Positions 26,187-40,499 of a DNA stretch of 64,000 nucleotides are shown here, piece after piece (position 1 is the first letter of the stretch; each line of letters begins with the position of its first letter). The stretch is from the NCBI GenBank assembly GCA_028023455.1, contig JAQFVV010000009.1, positions 12,152,001 to 12,216,000 on the forward strand, written 5' to 3'. Source of the stretch: Epiperipatus broadwayi. Its lineage: Eukaryota; Animalia; Onychophora. Below the pieces are notes generated by a model, which saw only the letters and a program-made list of their open reading frames with translations, ran no database searches and was not told the origin of the DNA. Both the position numbers and the translations under genes were made by a program.

Positions 26187-29100
26187 TGTTGTGTCCAGTG
26201 GTGACAAGTTATTGCACAGCTGGATTGCAAATTTAATAGGAAAAATAACACTAATATAATCCCAGGTGGCATGGCAATTTATTATTTGATACTCTTATAA
26301 TTATAAACAGTTATTATAAATGTTTCCAGCTTTTCAACATTCTAAGTTACCACATACAAATGCAACGAGTTCAAGGTAGTTGATTTATATGGGTCCTATG
26401 ACCAGGTATTGCTGTCTCGAGATATTAGTTAAGAGTCCGGAAAAATGTTCTCGGAGAGGCCAGTTAGCAAGGCTGACAATAATTGTCAGTGGAATAAACA
26501 AGTCCATTCTTCATGGGCTACAAGTAACTAATAATGTTCTCTTCCCACTTATGGTGAAGATCGCCAGTCATATTTTTGTTTTACTAATCTAATTGGTTGG
26601 AATACTTCGGTCACACGTGATAATGTTATTACATTCCTACCTGCAATTTTGTTTAATTAAATTAATCATACGAGTTTTTATCTTTATAATTAATTTTGCT
26701 TCTTTTATCAGATGATTCTTATCAGGAATTTAATATGTGATTTCCAATGGCATTTAATTAAATAAATGCTGTGTTCATTGTGTTTATACACGCACATACT
26801 TATTTTACTTTAACATTTTCCATCTTTTACGGTTTCAATAAAAATACACGATAAGATTTTTATTTTTATATACGCGTATTTAGCACACCTCCCTCCAGTT
26901 CAGAGATTCGTGTTTTACTTTTTTCCTATTCTCTGAACTTAAAACATAATAAGTATGGTAGGGGGGAATTTTTCTTTCCAGGTTTGAAATATTTTCCTTA
27001 CAGGACTGTATTGCTGTTGCGGTTTTTCCCAAACGTCCACTTGATGTCTTTTTCCTGAAACAGCTGCAGCGTTTGTTGACAGTTTTCATCTTTCCACAAC
27101 TGGCTGGTAGGTTTGTGTAACATACTTCCATCCGCCATTCGAACGGACACAACTTGCTTGGTTATGTGGCATACGATTTCAGCCTTATTCCAAAATCTTC
27201 AATTTTATTTCTAACCCACAACAAATTTGTAGTTTGAGACAGGTACTTCATACTCTTCAGGTGACCTACTTTCTGCAAACTTGGTCTGCAATCTATGATC
27301 TAGATTTTTCTGTGGGGCTAATTTCTCGACTTCTTTCAAGAATTAGACTATGGCTGGAGGTGTTTTTGCACGCGATTGACAGTTTTTATGTTTTTCACTA
27401 AACATTACGATATCGTTATTTTTTCTCATCGATAATTTGATTCCCAAGTGAAAGGATTTATCGGGGCATGAATTATATATAATAGCAATTTTAGTTTTTT
27501 GCCATTGTCGGAATTGGAGCCTGAATTGCTCCTTTAATCTTTATGGCCTTACCATTGATGTCCAGAGTTTTGAATTTGGTATACATAAGTCTAGGTGGCT
27601 GTGTCTTATCTGCACGTTAGTTTTCCAATCTTTCATAGACAGTAAAGACACCTCGCTGCCGTTGTCAATTTCCATTGATAAGTTTTTTCTGAAAATTTTG
27701 AGTCATTTCAAATTTCTGTGATTGGTCCAAAAACACATTATTAATCATCGCAATTTCTTATTGCTTAGGTTTTCTAGTAAAAACGCTCTTAGCTGTTATT
27801 AGTTGTATCATTGTCGAATTTATTTTGGCACATTTTTTCCAAATGGCCAACTTTATTAGTGATTACAGCGTTGGTCCTTATAAAAACACTCACATGCCGT
27901 GTGACCTAGCTTTCCACAGCAAAATCACTTCATTCAACTTATCTTAATCTGTTATTCTATTTTGGTCAGGCACCCTTCTTTTGGGTTTATCGACTTTGTG
28001 GATTTCATAAGGATCATTGTCTGCTACTTTCATGGCCACAAATTCTTTAGCTTGCTGTAACACAAGTTCATGAGCTATACCACGTTTGGTAGCTTCTTTA
28101 TAATTGATATCCTTATCTGCCAGTAACTGCTGTCTCAAACTGTCACTGCTCATACCACGTAAATATTTGTTCGAGGAGAGCTTCCTCCAGGTATAAGTCG
28201 TAGATGCAATTTTTTGCGAGTTCACGCAGGGCACTATGATAATCTTGTGTTCATTCATTCTTGCCTTGTTGGTGATTTCTGAAGTGGAATCTGGCGATGT
28301 GTCTAGACTCACAAGGATTAAAATAGTGGGTCAAACGATCTTTGATCTGTTCGAATGTTAATTCTCCCGAGGTTTTAGGTTCACAAAGCCTATTTGTAAT
28401 TTGGATAACGCTTCTCCCCACACAGCACAATAATGTTGCAGTTTTAATTTTGTCATCTTTTATTTTATTAATGACCATTTGTTGGACATACAAGGGTCAC
28501 TCACTTGCCGCTCTGACATCAAATTCAGATATTTCCAGCTGCATTACGACTTAAGACAATTTCGCAAATTTTTTTTTTTTTTTCTAAAGTAATTTATCCA
28601 CTCATGAAAATTTAATTAGACGCCAACTTATTCGGCTGTCACTGCACTAATTGTTATTACTGACAATTTTGCCGTTTGCTGAAAATTAGACCGTTGAAGT
28701 TCGTAATAAGGACTGTGACGGCGCCAGTTGCTGTGTCCAGCAGTGGCAAATTACTGCACAGCTGGATTGCAAATTTAATAGAAAAAATAACACTAATGTA
28801 ATCCCAGGCAGCACGGCAATTTATTATTTGATACTCCTATAATTATAAAGTTATTATGTTTCCAGCTTTTCAACATTCTAAGTTATCACATACGAATATG
28901 AGTTTAAGGCAGTTGATTTATGTGGGTCCAACGACCAGGTACTTCTGTCTCAAGATATTAGTTAAAAGTCTGGAAAAATTTTCTCGGAGAGACAAGTTGG
29001 CAAGGCTGACAATAATTGTCAGTGGAAGAAAAGTCCATTCTTCATGGGCTACAAGTAGCTAATAATGTTCTCTTCCCACTTCTGGTGAAAATCGCTGTTC

Positions 29101-29424
29101 ACGTTTTTGTTTTACTAATCTAATTGGTTAGAATCCTTTGGCTCCACATGATAGTAATAATGTTATTACATTCCAACCTGCAATTTTGTTTAATTAAATT
29201 AATCATATGAGTTTTTATCTTTATAATTAAGTTCACTTCTTTTAACAGATGATTCTCGTCAGGAATTTAATACGTTTTCCATTGACATTTAATTAAATAA
29301 ATGCTGTGACCATTGCGTTTATACACGCACATACTTATTTTACTTTAACATTTTCCGTCTTTTACGGTTTCAATAAAAATACATATTTGATAAGATTTTT
29401 ATTTTCATATACGCGTATTTAGCA
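26187..29424 (-). mobile_element. Ty3/Gypsy (Mag-like) LTR element with both LTRs, lacking RT/RNase H/integrase core
   Basis: LTRs span 26187-26885 and 28729-29424 (TG...CA on the minus strand), with a TSD tggtc/tggtt. The PBS TGGCGCCGTC lies 2 nt from the 5' LTR and the PPT GGAGGGAGG lies next to the 3' LTR. Remnants include gag (LTFEQIKDRLTHYFNP..RFHFRNHQQ), two CCHC knuckles, protease EIDNGS, and an integrase C-terminal LWVRNK segment. Confidence 0.92.
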
Positions 29425-29639
29425 TGGTTCCATATTCTAAAATGAATCTTCAGATCAGGATCTCTGGCAGTCTCCTCCCCCCCTTACCAATAAATCTATA
29501 GCTAGGATTTAGAATGTCATTTTAAATTATGTCAAAAGATAATATTATTTATTTAAAAAACTTGTATAAATTTAAAAAAAATATAATAATATAAGAAAAA
29601 TAACTTAAAGCATATTTTCTAAATATTTAATGTATTTTA

Positions 29640-29970
29640 CCAGTTCTTATGAATCTGAGACTTGGACACTTAACAGAAGAGCAATAAGAAGGGAACAAAA
29701 ACAAAATTTATAGATGAGAGAACAAATAGGTGTTACTGAAACTATTGAAAGATTTATGAAATAAAATGTGACTGGGCTGGATATTTTACTAAAAAAGATG
29801 ATAGTAAATGGACAGTTGAAATCTTTAATTAAATTCCAAGGTATTATAAAAACCTAGAAAGAGGTCATATATCAAATTGATAAATGAGGCTAGAGATCAG
29901 AGAAAATAGATTATGCTTGAACAAATCATTCTAAAATGTGTTGACAATGGTTGAAAATGATGATGATGGT
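29640..29970 (+). mobile_element. RTE 3'-end fragment
   Basis: gaatctgagacttggacacttaacagaagagcaata matches 42240-42275. It ends in a (TGA)n tail. Confidence 0.7.
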
Positions 29971-29974
29971 AATA

Positions 29975-31560
29975 TTTTCTAGCTTCAGTTGACGTAAATT
30001 TTCCAATAACTTCAGTAAAATCAATAAGCTTAACTATGGATAAAATTGCTAGATGATTAATGATTCTTGACTAGATGTGCTTTGATGCAATATTTTCAAT
30101 GAATTTGCCAGTTTGTTGAATGATTTTTCAGCTGAAAAAATAGCAACTAGTAATAAAAAGTTTAATAGCAAGACAGATATTGGCAAATATACATTGCAGC
30201 TTTTTACATTAAGAAGCTTAAGAGGCTTGTTTCAGTGCCAAAAATTGTCTTGCAAATACTATTAAGGTGTCTTCTAACAGATCTTTCTCATATGTATTTT
30301 GAATATTTTCCTGCTTTTGCAGTAAGGATGAAGATTGTCTAAATTGTGGAAGTTCAAAAAAGATGAGAATAATTCACATATAATCTTGCAAGCAGTGGTA
30401 ATAAATTCTAATATTGAATAAACTATGGAAATTCTGAAATCTTGTTAAGGTGTTGTTAAAAATTTTTTGGGTTTTGAGAAATGAGATTAAAAACTTTGAT
30501 ATTTGAATAGCATTTTTTCACAAGTCATGTAAGAGGTGCATCTTTTGCACTAAGTCTCTTAAAATGTAATTTCAAAATCAAGGGACAGTCTTTTATTTTG
30601 TATGACAATATTCTTATTGTTAATAATTGCTAATATCTGGTATGAAAACATTGTCATAATGTAAAATATTTTTCAAAATCTTTAATTGTGCTGTGCTAAA
30701 GAAATTATGTCTAAAAAAGCAAGTAAGCTAGAATAATATTTAACAATTGGGTATACAACTTGAAGTCTTCCATTCTATCTTGTGTCTGAAAGATTTTGAA
30801 AAAATAATTGTATGTATTATTCAGTATTTCCCATCTTGCAAATCCATGAGCAAACAAACAATGAATAGAAGCTTTTTATATTCCCCCAAAGGTGAGCAAA
30901 AGACATTTGTTCTTTTCTAAGATAAGGGATTAAATTCCATTTATTTTTCCATACATATTTATGCCATTATCATAGCCTTGTATCTGAGAATTAGGATATT
31001 TTGTTCATCATGAGAGATATTTGTTTTTGCATGTATTATACCATAAAAATTTGCATTTCTTGCTTGACCAAGAATAGTTTGGAGAACTTTGCTCTATAAA
31101 ACAAATAAATTTATTTTGAAATTATCATGCCAAATAATGTAGCTGTTCTTTCAAACATATCTTCTATATGATTTTATTAAACATTGGCAAGATGTAATCA
31201 TGTCACTTCACTGTACTTTATAATCTATGATAAAATTCCTAAGAAATTCCCATTATGAACATTTATAATCTTTGAATTTTCTCCTCGAAAAGCGAGATCG
31301 TTACATGATTAAAAATGTTGCATTTACAATCATTGCATAAATACTATTTCACATTGAATTTGCAGTTACCTTTATCAATTCCATATCCTTTTAATGACTG
31401 CAAAAGTATTTTCGAAACCAAATATTATTTCTTTTGTTCGGCACTATTCTCATGAGAAAGCACAATATCTTACTGCCTTTTTCAAAGTTTATTTGTGGGT
31501 AAAAATCTTCTTGGACTAAATTGCATGCCTTTGTTACTTGTTATTTTTTCTTCCATGCAT
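29975..31560 (-). mobile_element. Degenerate hAT transposase (ZMYM1-like type)
   Basis: Motifs AFRGENS..NGNFLGIL, QGYDNGINMYGK, and the dimerisation-domain remnant SAEKSFNKL...LAILSI..IDFTEVIGKF...ARK. There are many stops and frameshifts. Confidence 0.8.
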
Positions 31561-34079
31561 TAGTATGGAGACCACTGAGGTCACAGATATGATATTAAAA
31601 TTAAATATTTTCTGCAAATATTTAACATTAAAAAATGCTATTTATTAGAAGTACTTTATTATGCAATATTTGCATTACTATTACAAATATTAATAATTTG
31701 TATAATGGATTAATTTAAAACCGGAGTTCAAGAATTTGAGATGTATTTACTATAATATTATGAACATTTATTATAAATTAAATCCATGAATGTATTTAAT
31801 AAATGGCCATAAATTTATCATACACTTGCTAGCAGAACTATTTAAAAATTTAATAAGGATATCCAAAAAAAATGTGCTTAACATTGCATAATTAAACTAT
31901 AGATTTTGATATCTTAGTTATATTATCTTATATAATGGATATGTTTGCTGTCCACAAAATGTTGTTGCCAACATTTTTCTTCATATTCAAGTTTAATGGA
32001 GAATAATTCAAGAATGAAGCAGAACATTATTTTATTTATTTGATGATAAAAGATTAAATTTATTTGTATTATGATTTTTCATACGTTTTATTTATCTGCA
32101 TATTATTTTCATGTTATATGCTATATTTTGAAGTATGGTTAAATTTCTCAGAATAGTATTTTATCATATTTACATATTTTAAAAGTGTCTTTTTTTTAAA
32201 AAAATATGAATAATTCATTTATGAAGGCATATTGTTATGCAGTGAGCTAAATAAGTAGATGTATATTTCTATTTGTTTTATAATTATTTATTGCCTAATG
32301 TTAATTGAGCCATATTTGGCATTATTATTTTCATATTTCACATTTGTTAGCTGTTGTATTTTTGTTAGATATTAATTTATTCTCTATTTTAAAAGTGTTT
32401 TTATATGCTAGTAAATTAAAAGATGGTAGTGTTAGTCTCCATCATTATTTTGCTAGATTATATGTCAAAAGGGATGGTAGCATTTGTCTTTCTTTTATTT
32501 ATTGTCTTGCTAGCATTTGTATGCTCATAGCATATATTTTAGGGATTGTTGCTTAGGCTCTCTAGTTTTAAGGCAATTCCTATTTAGTATTTTGTCCCTG
32601 ATGCACATTCTCATTATCTTTCATGATTAGTGACAAAGTCCTAGATCCTTTATTAGCTCTCAAAAATAGGTGTGTCTTATGAGCTATGCCATTATACTTT
32701 CACTTCACCTTACTTTATTATTATTGAAGATATATTTTGTTTGTAGTTTGAAGTATGTTTAATAAAGCATGTGTAAGATTTTGTCGCTTTATCTGGCATT
32801 TTTAGTAGTTCTATCAAGGTATTGAGGAACTCAACTTTACTTCTGTACCATTCTTGGTTGGCTTAAATGTGAATATTGCATTGTAAATGTACAAGTCCTA
32901 GATTCAAGTTTTGCTAATTATCAGGACTAAATTTGATAAATAATTAATTTTAAAAAAGTTTAAAATTTATTTTAGATATAAATAGATAATATACATCTAT
33001 CTTATAATTCCTTCATTACTGGATTGGTAATATTCATTAAAGGAATACTGTTTATATGAAGGTTATTATCATTGTATGAATAAATTGATAAATGAGAACT
33101 TCAGACTAAATGAATTTATTTTTAATAAAATATGATGTAAATTTTATTTTGATTCTTTTGTTAAATTTTGAAGAAGTAACATTGTGAAAACTTTGGTTAT
33201 GTGTACTCCAATATAGATTAATTGTAAATTATTATTTTTTGTTTTTCTGTAAATAAATATTTGTTGTTATTATTTAAGAAATTTCTCATAGTTGTTTCCT
33301 CATATTATTCCTCTTATCAAACAGAAATCACTTCACATATTAAGTAAAATTTATACGCTTATAAAATATTATACAATTACTTTAAGTATATTTGTTAAAA
33401 GAGTACATGATATAGAAACTAATAAGTTATTTTGTTGAATTATTTAAGTATTACTAGAACATTTAAGAAAGATACAATTTTCTTAATAAATAATTATAAT
33501 TTGATTTGTCAATTTGGATCACTTTAATTAATTTAATTTGGTTTTTTCAAATCACTGTGCATATTTATTTTAAAATCATTTTCATATTGGAAGATCATAT
33601 TTATTATTTTATGATAAAATTTAATTTCACAAGAACCTAGTTAATATTTAGAAGGTGTTAAAGTAGATTTATTCTAGGATGTTTAGGATGGCTACAAAAT
33701 CCCTTACCCATTCTTAATATCCGAGGGTAATCCTAGATTATTCATTATCTTATTTTAAAATTAAAAATCATGTTTTAGTTTATTCAAGTTAGTAATAGTA
33801 TTGCTATAATTATAATAAGACATTAACTTAGGGGAAATGTATGTCTTACCTATTTTATTAACTAGGATTTCATTCGACACTGAATAAATCTAAAGAGTCA
33901 AAAGAATTTATGAGATTATATTACCCCGAAATACTCTAATATAATTTCACAAACCATATTATTAAATTTATTTTGATATTAAAATTTTACATTCAAAGAT
34001 GAATTTTAAGTGGAGTAGATTTTAAAAGAACATTTCAAAATTTCATATGAATTAAATAATGTTTTATCTGATCAAAGCA

Positions 34080-35700
34080 AATACGACAAATGAAAATAAA
34101 TATGCTTCTTTACTAGATATTCTCGAGTCAGATTTAGATCAAATTAATGAATCAAATCAAAATCAATCAAATACACAAAATGTTTCAACCACTAATTTTA
34201 ACGAGGAGCAATATAGACTTAAACTTAAGATTTAATAGTACTATCCCTACAAATTTATATAAGACATTGTTAAATTTCAATGGCAATAAAAATTTAATCT
34301 TAGCTGTTACAGATGCTAACTGCTCATTGCTTAGGTTTCCAGACGATCTACTTTATAAAACAATAAAGGAAAATCAAATTGGACAGGGTATAAACAGAAT
34401 TCTTAACGATCCAAATGATCATTATATTGCCATAGAATTTAAAGATTGGGCTTCCAAAAACAATTTTATAAGTTCTATTAGAACACTAAGTTCAAATTTC
34501 ATTTGTTACATAGACTTAACAAAACCTATCACATTTTCAGGAAGAATTAAAAACTGTATTATGCATTTTAATGAAATACAACTACAGGAATTACTTATGA
34601 ATTATGGTAAAATATCCACATTTAATTATCTACCTCAGGAGAAAGCTGGAGATCATATATTGTCAAACACAGCCTCATTTGAAATTTCACTAAAACAGAA
34701 TATTTTACCCACTGATATACCTATGGTTTTAGATTTTAAAACCTCACATATGATTCTATCATTTCGTGGAGTTAGACCACAGTGTTTTTTTTTTGCCTTC
34801 AAAGGACACATCTTGTTAAAGACTGCATTGCCAGAATTTGTCCAAAGTGTGGCATTAAAAGAAACCAATTTCATAAATGTCGTAGAAATAATTATTTACA
34901 ATCTAACAGCCTAGAAAATGGTACTATAATACTAATTCTATCAACCTCCACTGATGAGTATATAATCAAAAATAACAAAGATATCTCAAAAGCAAACATG
35001 GTTCAGCAACATACTAACCTACCCAACTCTACTGAAAAAAAGCTGGATAATAAATATAAAGACAATAATGAAAGCCAACATGCTGGTTTAGAATCCATCA
35101 GTTTAAATGAACCAATAATGAATATGGAAAATGAAGAAGAATCCCAGCCTGATTCATATAGAAATGATTCAGAAATTAATGAAAGTATAAACATTGGAAA
35201 AGAAGAACCAATCCTAAAAACACAAAAAACAATAATGCCAAGCCAGATTATGACAAAACAAATTCTACTAAAATTAATACAAATCAGGAACATAGAGCTA
35301 GCAAAAATTCTAAAAGCTCTAAAAAGAAATCAATGCCACAAAAAGGTAATACAAATGGGAATTATAAAGAACAAGATGATGCTAGTTCAAATGAAGATCC
35401 TTCAATGGAATACATAGAGGAAAAAATAACTACAAAGAGAAAATCAGTCAGAATAGATAAATCAAGCTCTGAGTATGAGCTAATGCTGTGTAATAAAAAT
35501 AAATCTCTAATCAATAAAACCTTAAAGCAGGATAATGTACCAATTATCAAAAAAAAAAAATATGGAAAAGAAAGCTAAGATAAATGAAGATATAAATGCA
35601 CAAGAGTTAAAAATAGACACTAACGTTTCTTCAATGTTAGATCAATGCGATATAAAAAAAAAAATACACAAATCAGATTAATTTCATATAATTTAAGGTG
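34080..35700 (+). pseudogene. LINE ORF1 (gag-like), frameshifted
   Basis: An RRM-like region (LMNYGKI..F..), then CFFCLQRTHLVKDC and CPKCGIKRNQFHKC knuckles, and an acidic low-complexity tail. It is split over several frames. Confidence 0.75.
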
Positions 35701-35835
35701 TACTGATAAGAATTCTGAAAATATTGATTCAGATCCATGAGTAACTTCTCATAAATAACTCGTATAGTTGCGCTAACAAATAGCCTTTACAGTTTTGCAA
35801 TGCCGTAGATAAATGCTATTGAGACATTTGAAACA

Positions 35836-38800
35836 GTGAAATATAAATTTGCAGGTATTAATATACATGGAATTAATTCTATGGAAAGAATATATGCCAT
35901 TGAGCATTGGATCAAGCAAAATAACCCCCATATATTGCTAATAGGTGAAACAAAATTTCATATAAAATCAGATCACAGAATTAAAGAAAGACTTAATAGA
36001 TTGGGATATTGTGAGCTTTCCACTGGTCTCTCAGCTGCTGGTGGGGTTGGCATTATTATAAACATTAAATTTCCCCCTGAAAGATTTGATTCTTTATATT
36101 GATACTAATATTATATCCATTAATCTTACATATGGAAATCAGGTCATTAATCTTATTTATGTTTATACAAACAACTCTCCACATAATTTAATCAAGATAG
36201 TTAATATAATTAATATGTCAATGGCTAATGATAATTGGCCTACCATTATTATGGGAGATTTTAACACTACCTATTCCCACCTTAATAAAAAATATATTCA
36301 TTTAATTAACAGAAGTGTTATGAGTGATGATGGATACTTTCCTGAAGGATCTTTTTCCTATTATACCAAAAACTATAAATCATTGATAGACTTGGTGTTT
36401 TACACCCCTGATATTCATTTTCTAATTGATCCTCAATTAGAGCATGTGGTCTTTTCAGATCATTTAGCATTGGTAGTGCAATTAGATGCTATCAATAATA
36501 TATCTTTCTCTCAAAATAACACAATGAGAATGCTAACAAGAGCTAACACTACTGAAGTAGTTATATCTGAAGCAAATATTTATTTTCAGAAAATTCAGAT
36601 ATTAAATAAACCTGTTGAAGAGGCTTGGTTCTCATTTATTGGTATATTACAAACAATAATAGTCCATCACTCTCGAAGTAGAAAGGGTCCACTATCTCTT
36701 ATTAAAGACTTAGATTCATTAAGTAATTTAATGAAACAACACTCATTTAATTCCTTCTCAGTTGCAGAAATTATAAACTTAAAACAATCCTATAGAGCAA
36801 AGCAGAAGGCCTTGGCAGAATACATTTCAATTAAAAGAGCCAAGGTCTACCTTTCAGAACAACACTGCTGGACAAGAGAATACCTACGGTGGGCACTGGG
36901 AGCGGAGAAAAAAATCACCTACTCCAACTGTGCTGTGCAGTAATGATCAAATGCTAGTAGGTATGCCAATGCTAATCCAAATCCTAACGCACTTTCAGCA
37001 TAAACTTCAAAGTGAAAAACAACTTGATGATAATGTATGGAAAGAAACAGCAAGCTTGGAAAAACATAAAATTACAAAAGACACAATCTGTTTCAAACTA
37101 TGTATGATGTCTGATAACATCCATCCAGGTATACATGGTATACCCAATTTATTCTAGCACACGTAAGCAATATTATAGTTCCAATTATGCACAAAATGGT
37201 AGACTATATTTCTGAAGAGAAGAGGATTATTCCGAATCTCTATCCTATTGCTTTGGTACCGTTCATAAAAAAATTAAAACAGAGGCAGACAATTGAAAAT
37301 ATAAGGCCAATTTCTATGTCTCCTCTCCTCATTAAAGTGATTGAATCGGTTTTAAAGGATGTAATACAGGATAGAATCTTACAACAGATTTCCAATTCAC
37401 AATGCGCAAAGAAGGGATCATCACCAATAATAGCTATGTCTCAAGCAGAAATTTTCATTCATCATATTAGGTTGCACAGAAAACAATCTCCAATAGCTGT
37501 GCAGCTAGATATTAATGCTGCTTTTGATACCATTAGAATTAATAAGCTTTTAGACATCCTGAAAGAATATCAGATCCCAAAATCTATTATTCAAATAATA
37601 GATAATCTGTTGAGTAATAGGCAAATTCATATTTCTCTGAATGGTAAACTGACGCAATCATTTAAGCCTGAAGTTTCAATCCCACAGGGGTCACCACTTA
37701 GTGCCCTTCTTTTTATATCATATATAAACCCTTTATTGAAAGTAATAGAAAACCAATTGCCTGGGATATTTGTTCTTAGACTAGGTAAACATATGAATGT
37801 AATTGCCTATATGGATGACATACTCATTTTTCTTCCATCTCAAAAATATTTAACTCAACTCTATAATATAATTGATCAATTTTCAAACAGTTATGGTCTT
37901 CAGATTAATCCAATAAAATCTGCTGTCTGGAAGATCTAGGCTGGTAGCAAGGTTAATTCAAACTTCAAAGCTGATCCTCAAAAATTTTTGGGTTTTTCTA
38001 TTTCTAAATCTCATACTACAATGTCAAAGGAGATACAGAATGAGATTTTACTAGCTACAGATAATCTAACTAAACATCTGTCAGAAGTTTACCTTTCATT
38101 GCATGGCAAGGTGACGTTAATAAACATGAAAATAATGACAAAAATAAATTACTACTTGCCAATAATTAAAATTACTAAATCGTTTACCCAGAAGATTAAT
38201 ATCTTGGCTGCTAGATTGTTCTGGAAAGGAAAGATTGCTGCTATTAGTATTAAACAAATGCAGCAACACAAGAAACTTAATGGAATGTCATTTCATTCCA
38301 TCGCTTCTATTCAATATCAGAAATCATTTAATAAATTAATCATGTTAACAAATGTCTTCAATTATGATCAAATTACTCTACCAGTTATTCCCACAGACCG
38401 ACCTCCACCTAGTACTAAGGATGTAGTAGGCAGGTCACTAGATCTAGTGTAAAAATACAATCCTATAACAAAAGATACTTTTAAAAATAAAATCAAGATA
38501 TGGGAAGGATACTTTGTTATTAATTCACCTGGTATACAAATCCAGGGTAAATTAAATATAACAAATCAAGATTATTTCTCTCTTCAAATTCTGGTACATG
38601 GAACCTAAATATCTAGATTTTGTTATAAAAATCAATATCTAGAAGAGGCATATCCAAATTAGATCCCATATGTCCGTTGTGTAGTCAGGTGGATGAGACA
38701 TTTGAACATCTTGTTTACTCTTGCACTGGACTCTGGAGAATTAAAAAAACTATATATGATAATGTTAAGATTGATTACTATTTGATCACTTCAATTAAAG

Positions 38801-39015
38801 ACAGTATCAAATCCAGAGTTTTTGACAATATCAGGCTATCTATATTTCTGAACTATATAATATGGACGGCGAGGTGTAAGAAGGTATTCTGCGCTTTAAT
38901 CTTTCAAGATGATGAAAATTTTTTTAGAAAACTGGTTAAGATCAAAAAACGCGATGAACTTCTCATACCTAAAAGCACATTCCTAGACACATGGAATTTG
39001 ATATCTATTAAATAA
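35836..39015 (+). pseudogene. LINE ORF2 (APE endonuclease-RT-zinc finger), frameshifted
   Basis: APE: GINIHG, LIGETK, IMGDFN, LIDLVF, SDH. RT: IRPISM, LDINAAFD, PQGSPLSALLF, YMDD. C-terminal CPLCSQVDETFEHLVYSC. Confidence 0.9.
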
Positions 39016-40499
39016 TAATTAATAGGTATCAACAACACTATTGCTTTCAGTGCTTATGATTAATAGAGTAATAGATATAAAATGTCAATATGAAATGTGC
39101 ACCTTCTTCATACCGAAATAGTTGGAGAATGTCATGCCCTGAATAGTATCATATAGATGATTTTAAACTCACTTACCTGGATGCTTATAAATGAATGAAC
39201 AGATGCAGAAAATTACAAAGCTTATGAATGGCTGGAATTGAATATCAGTAGTGTCTAATTGAACATTATCACACTGGTGCAATGACAGCCTATAAGTTCT
39301 TGGTGAAAATGAATATGGACTTGAATGAATCATTGCTGGAAATACTTATTCTTGCTGTGGGCACACCAGTACATAATTGCTTTTAAATAATTACTCCGCA
39401 GATATTTGTTTTAAGAAACAGTTCTTGTACATAGTTGGATATTTGCCCTCACAACTATTGCACTGTCCTAAGGCATATGATAGTACACTCAGAGAATAAA
39501 AAGTTTTAGTGAATTAAAAAAAATCAATTACATTTAATAATTTTTAGTCACCTCAGGTATTTGTTTCTTTTAACTGGAAGATTCCTATATCTGTATTTAT
39601 GATAAAATTAATATTAATTAACAGTCCATCTTGTAATAGAAGTATGCCAACTGGCCATATGAGTAAATTATGAACATCAAATAATGATGCTTAATTCTTC
39701 TGATTGAGAACATGTTATCCATTGGACACTGTTTAAAAGATAATAAAGATGATCAATATTGAGTTTCTGAGCCATATCTGATTATAGAACTGTGCCCTTC
39801 CAGTAGTGAAGTGCACGCAGTTCATGGGCAAAAGCCTACTAAGGATTTATTGGATTACATTTGTTATTCACTATAAGAATGAGTGATGCAGTGAACTGCA
39901 GAACATGAGCTGTTAATTGAGAACTGATAATCAGAAGATAATAAAAAATTCACACTTGTACAAAATTTATGTTTGTATTAATTTATTTTTTTTTCTGTAC
40001 AAAATCACTTTTTATCATACTTATTTACGTTTAATAAATTTATTGGGAAAAAAAAAAAGCAATGAGCTGCTTAGATCTTTAAAAGATGGATATATAAAAA
40101 AGGTAGTTGTATTAGATCTTTGTAGAAGAAATTTAAATGTTACCTCAATGGCATATATTCACAATATTAAGATTCTTTTACTTTTGCTAGAGTGAGATGA
40201 GATTCCTCCTCCTCTTGATTTATTAATAGTATTATTTTGTATTTTTATTTATATTTTATTATGTTTCCCCTATATATCTTTTTATTGTGGCATGTTATAA
40301 ACCCGCTGACTATATATAATTACAATTTTAGCTTGTACTTTGTGCAGTGTCATTGTTGTTACCGCTGTTCATTTTAGCTATACAACCTTCACTACATTAC
40401 AAATAGTTTGCCCAATGTGTTGGCTATTGATAGGCAAAAGGTTTACATCGATTGTCTAGGGTTTATGCAATGTTGTTGCAGCTGTTATCTTTTCTATTG

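Larger units (their letters stand above)
33660..40300 (+). mobile_element. Near full-length L1/Tx1-type non-LTR retrotransposon (decayed; ends approximate)
   Basis: ORF1 has zinc knuckles, followed by ORF2 with APE endonuclease, RT and a C-terminal CCHC motif, all collinear on the + strand. Confidence 0.85.

Noticed and set aside
26380-29062. Paralogous small ORFs 26380-26592 and 28856-29062 as a duplicated gene pair
   Set aside because: They lie inside the two LTRs of one element, their frames and ends are not conserved, and no domain is recognisable.
32305-32556. 83-aa hydrophobic ORF as a membrane protein exon
   Set aside because: The hydrophobicity follows from T-rich codon bias, there are no clear splice boundaries, and the opposite strand looks more like decayed TE sequence.
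34653-35550. Minus-strand ORFs at 34653-34874, 35003-35293 and 35362-35550
   Set aside because: They are antisense shadows of LINE ORF1. The same applies to minus ORFs over the RTE copies and plus ORFs over the LTR elements.
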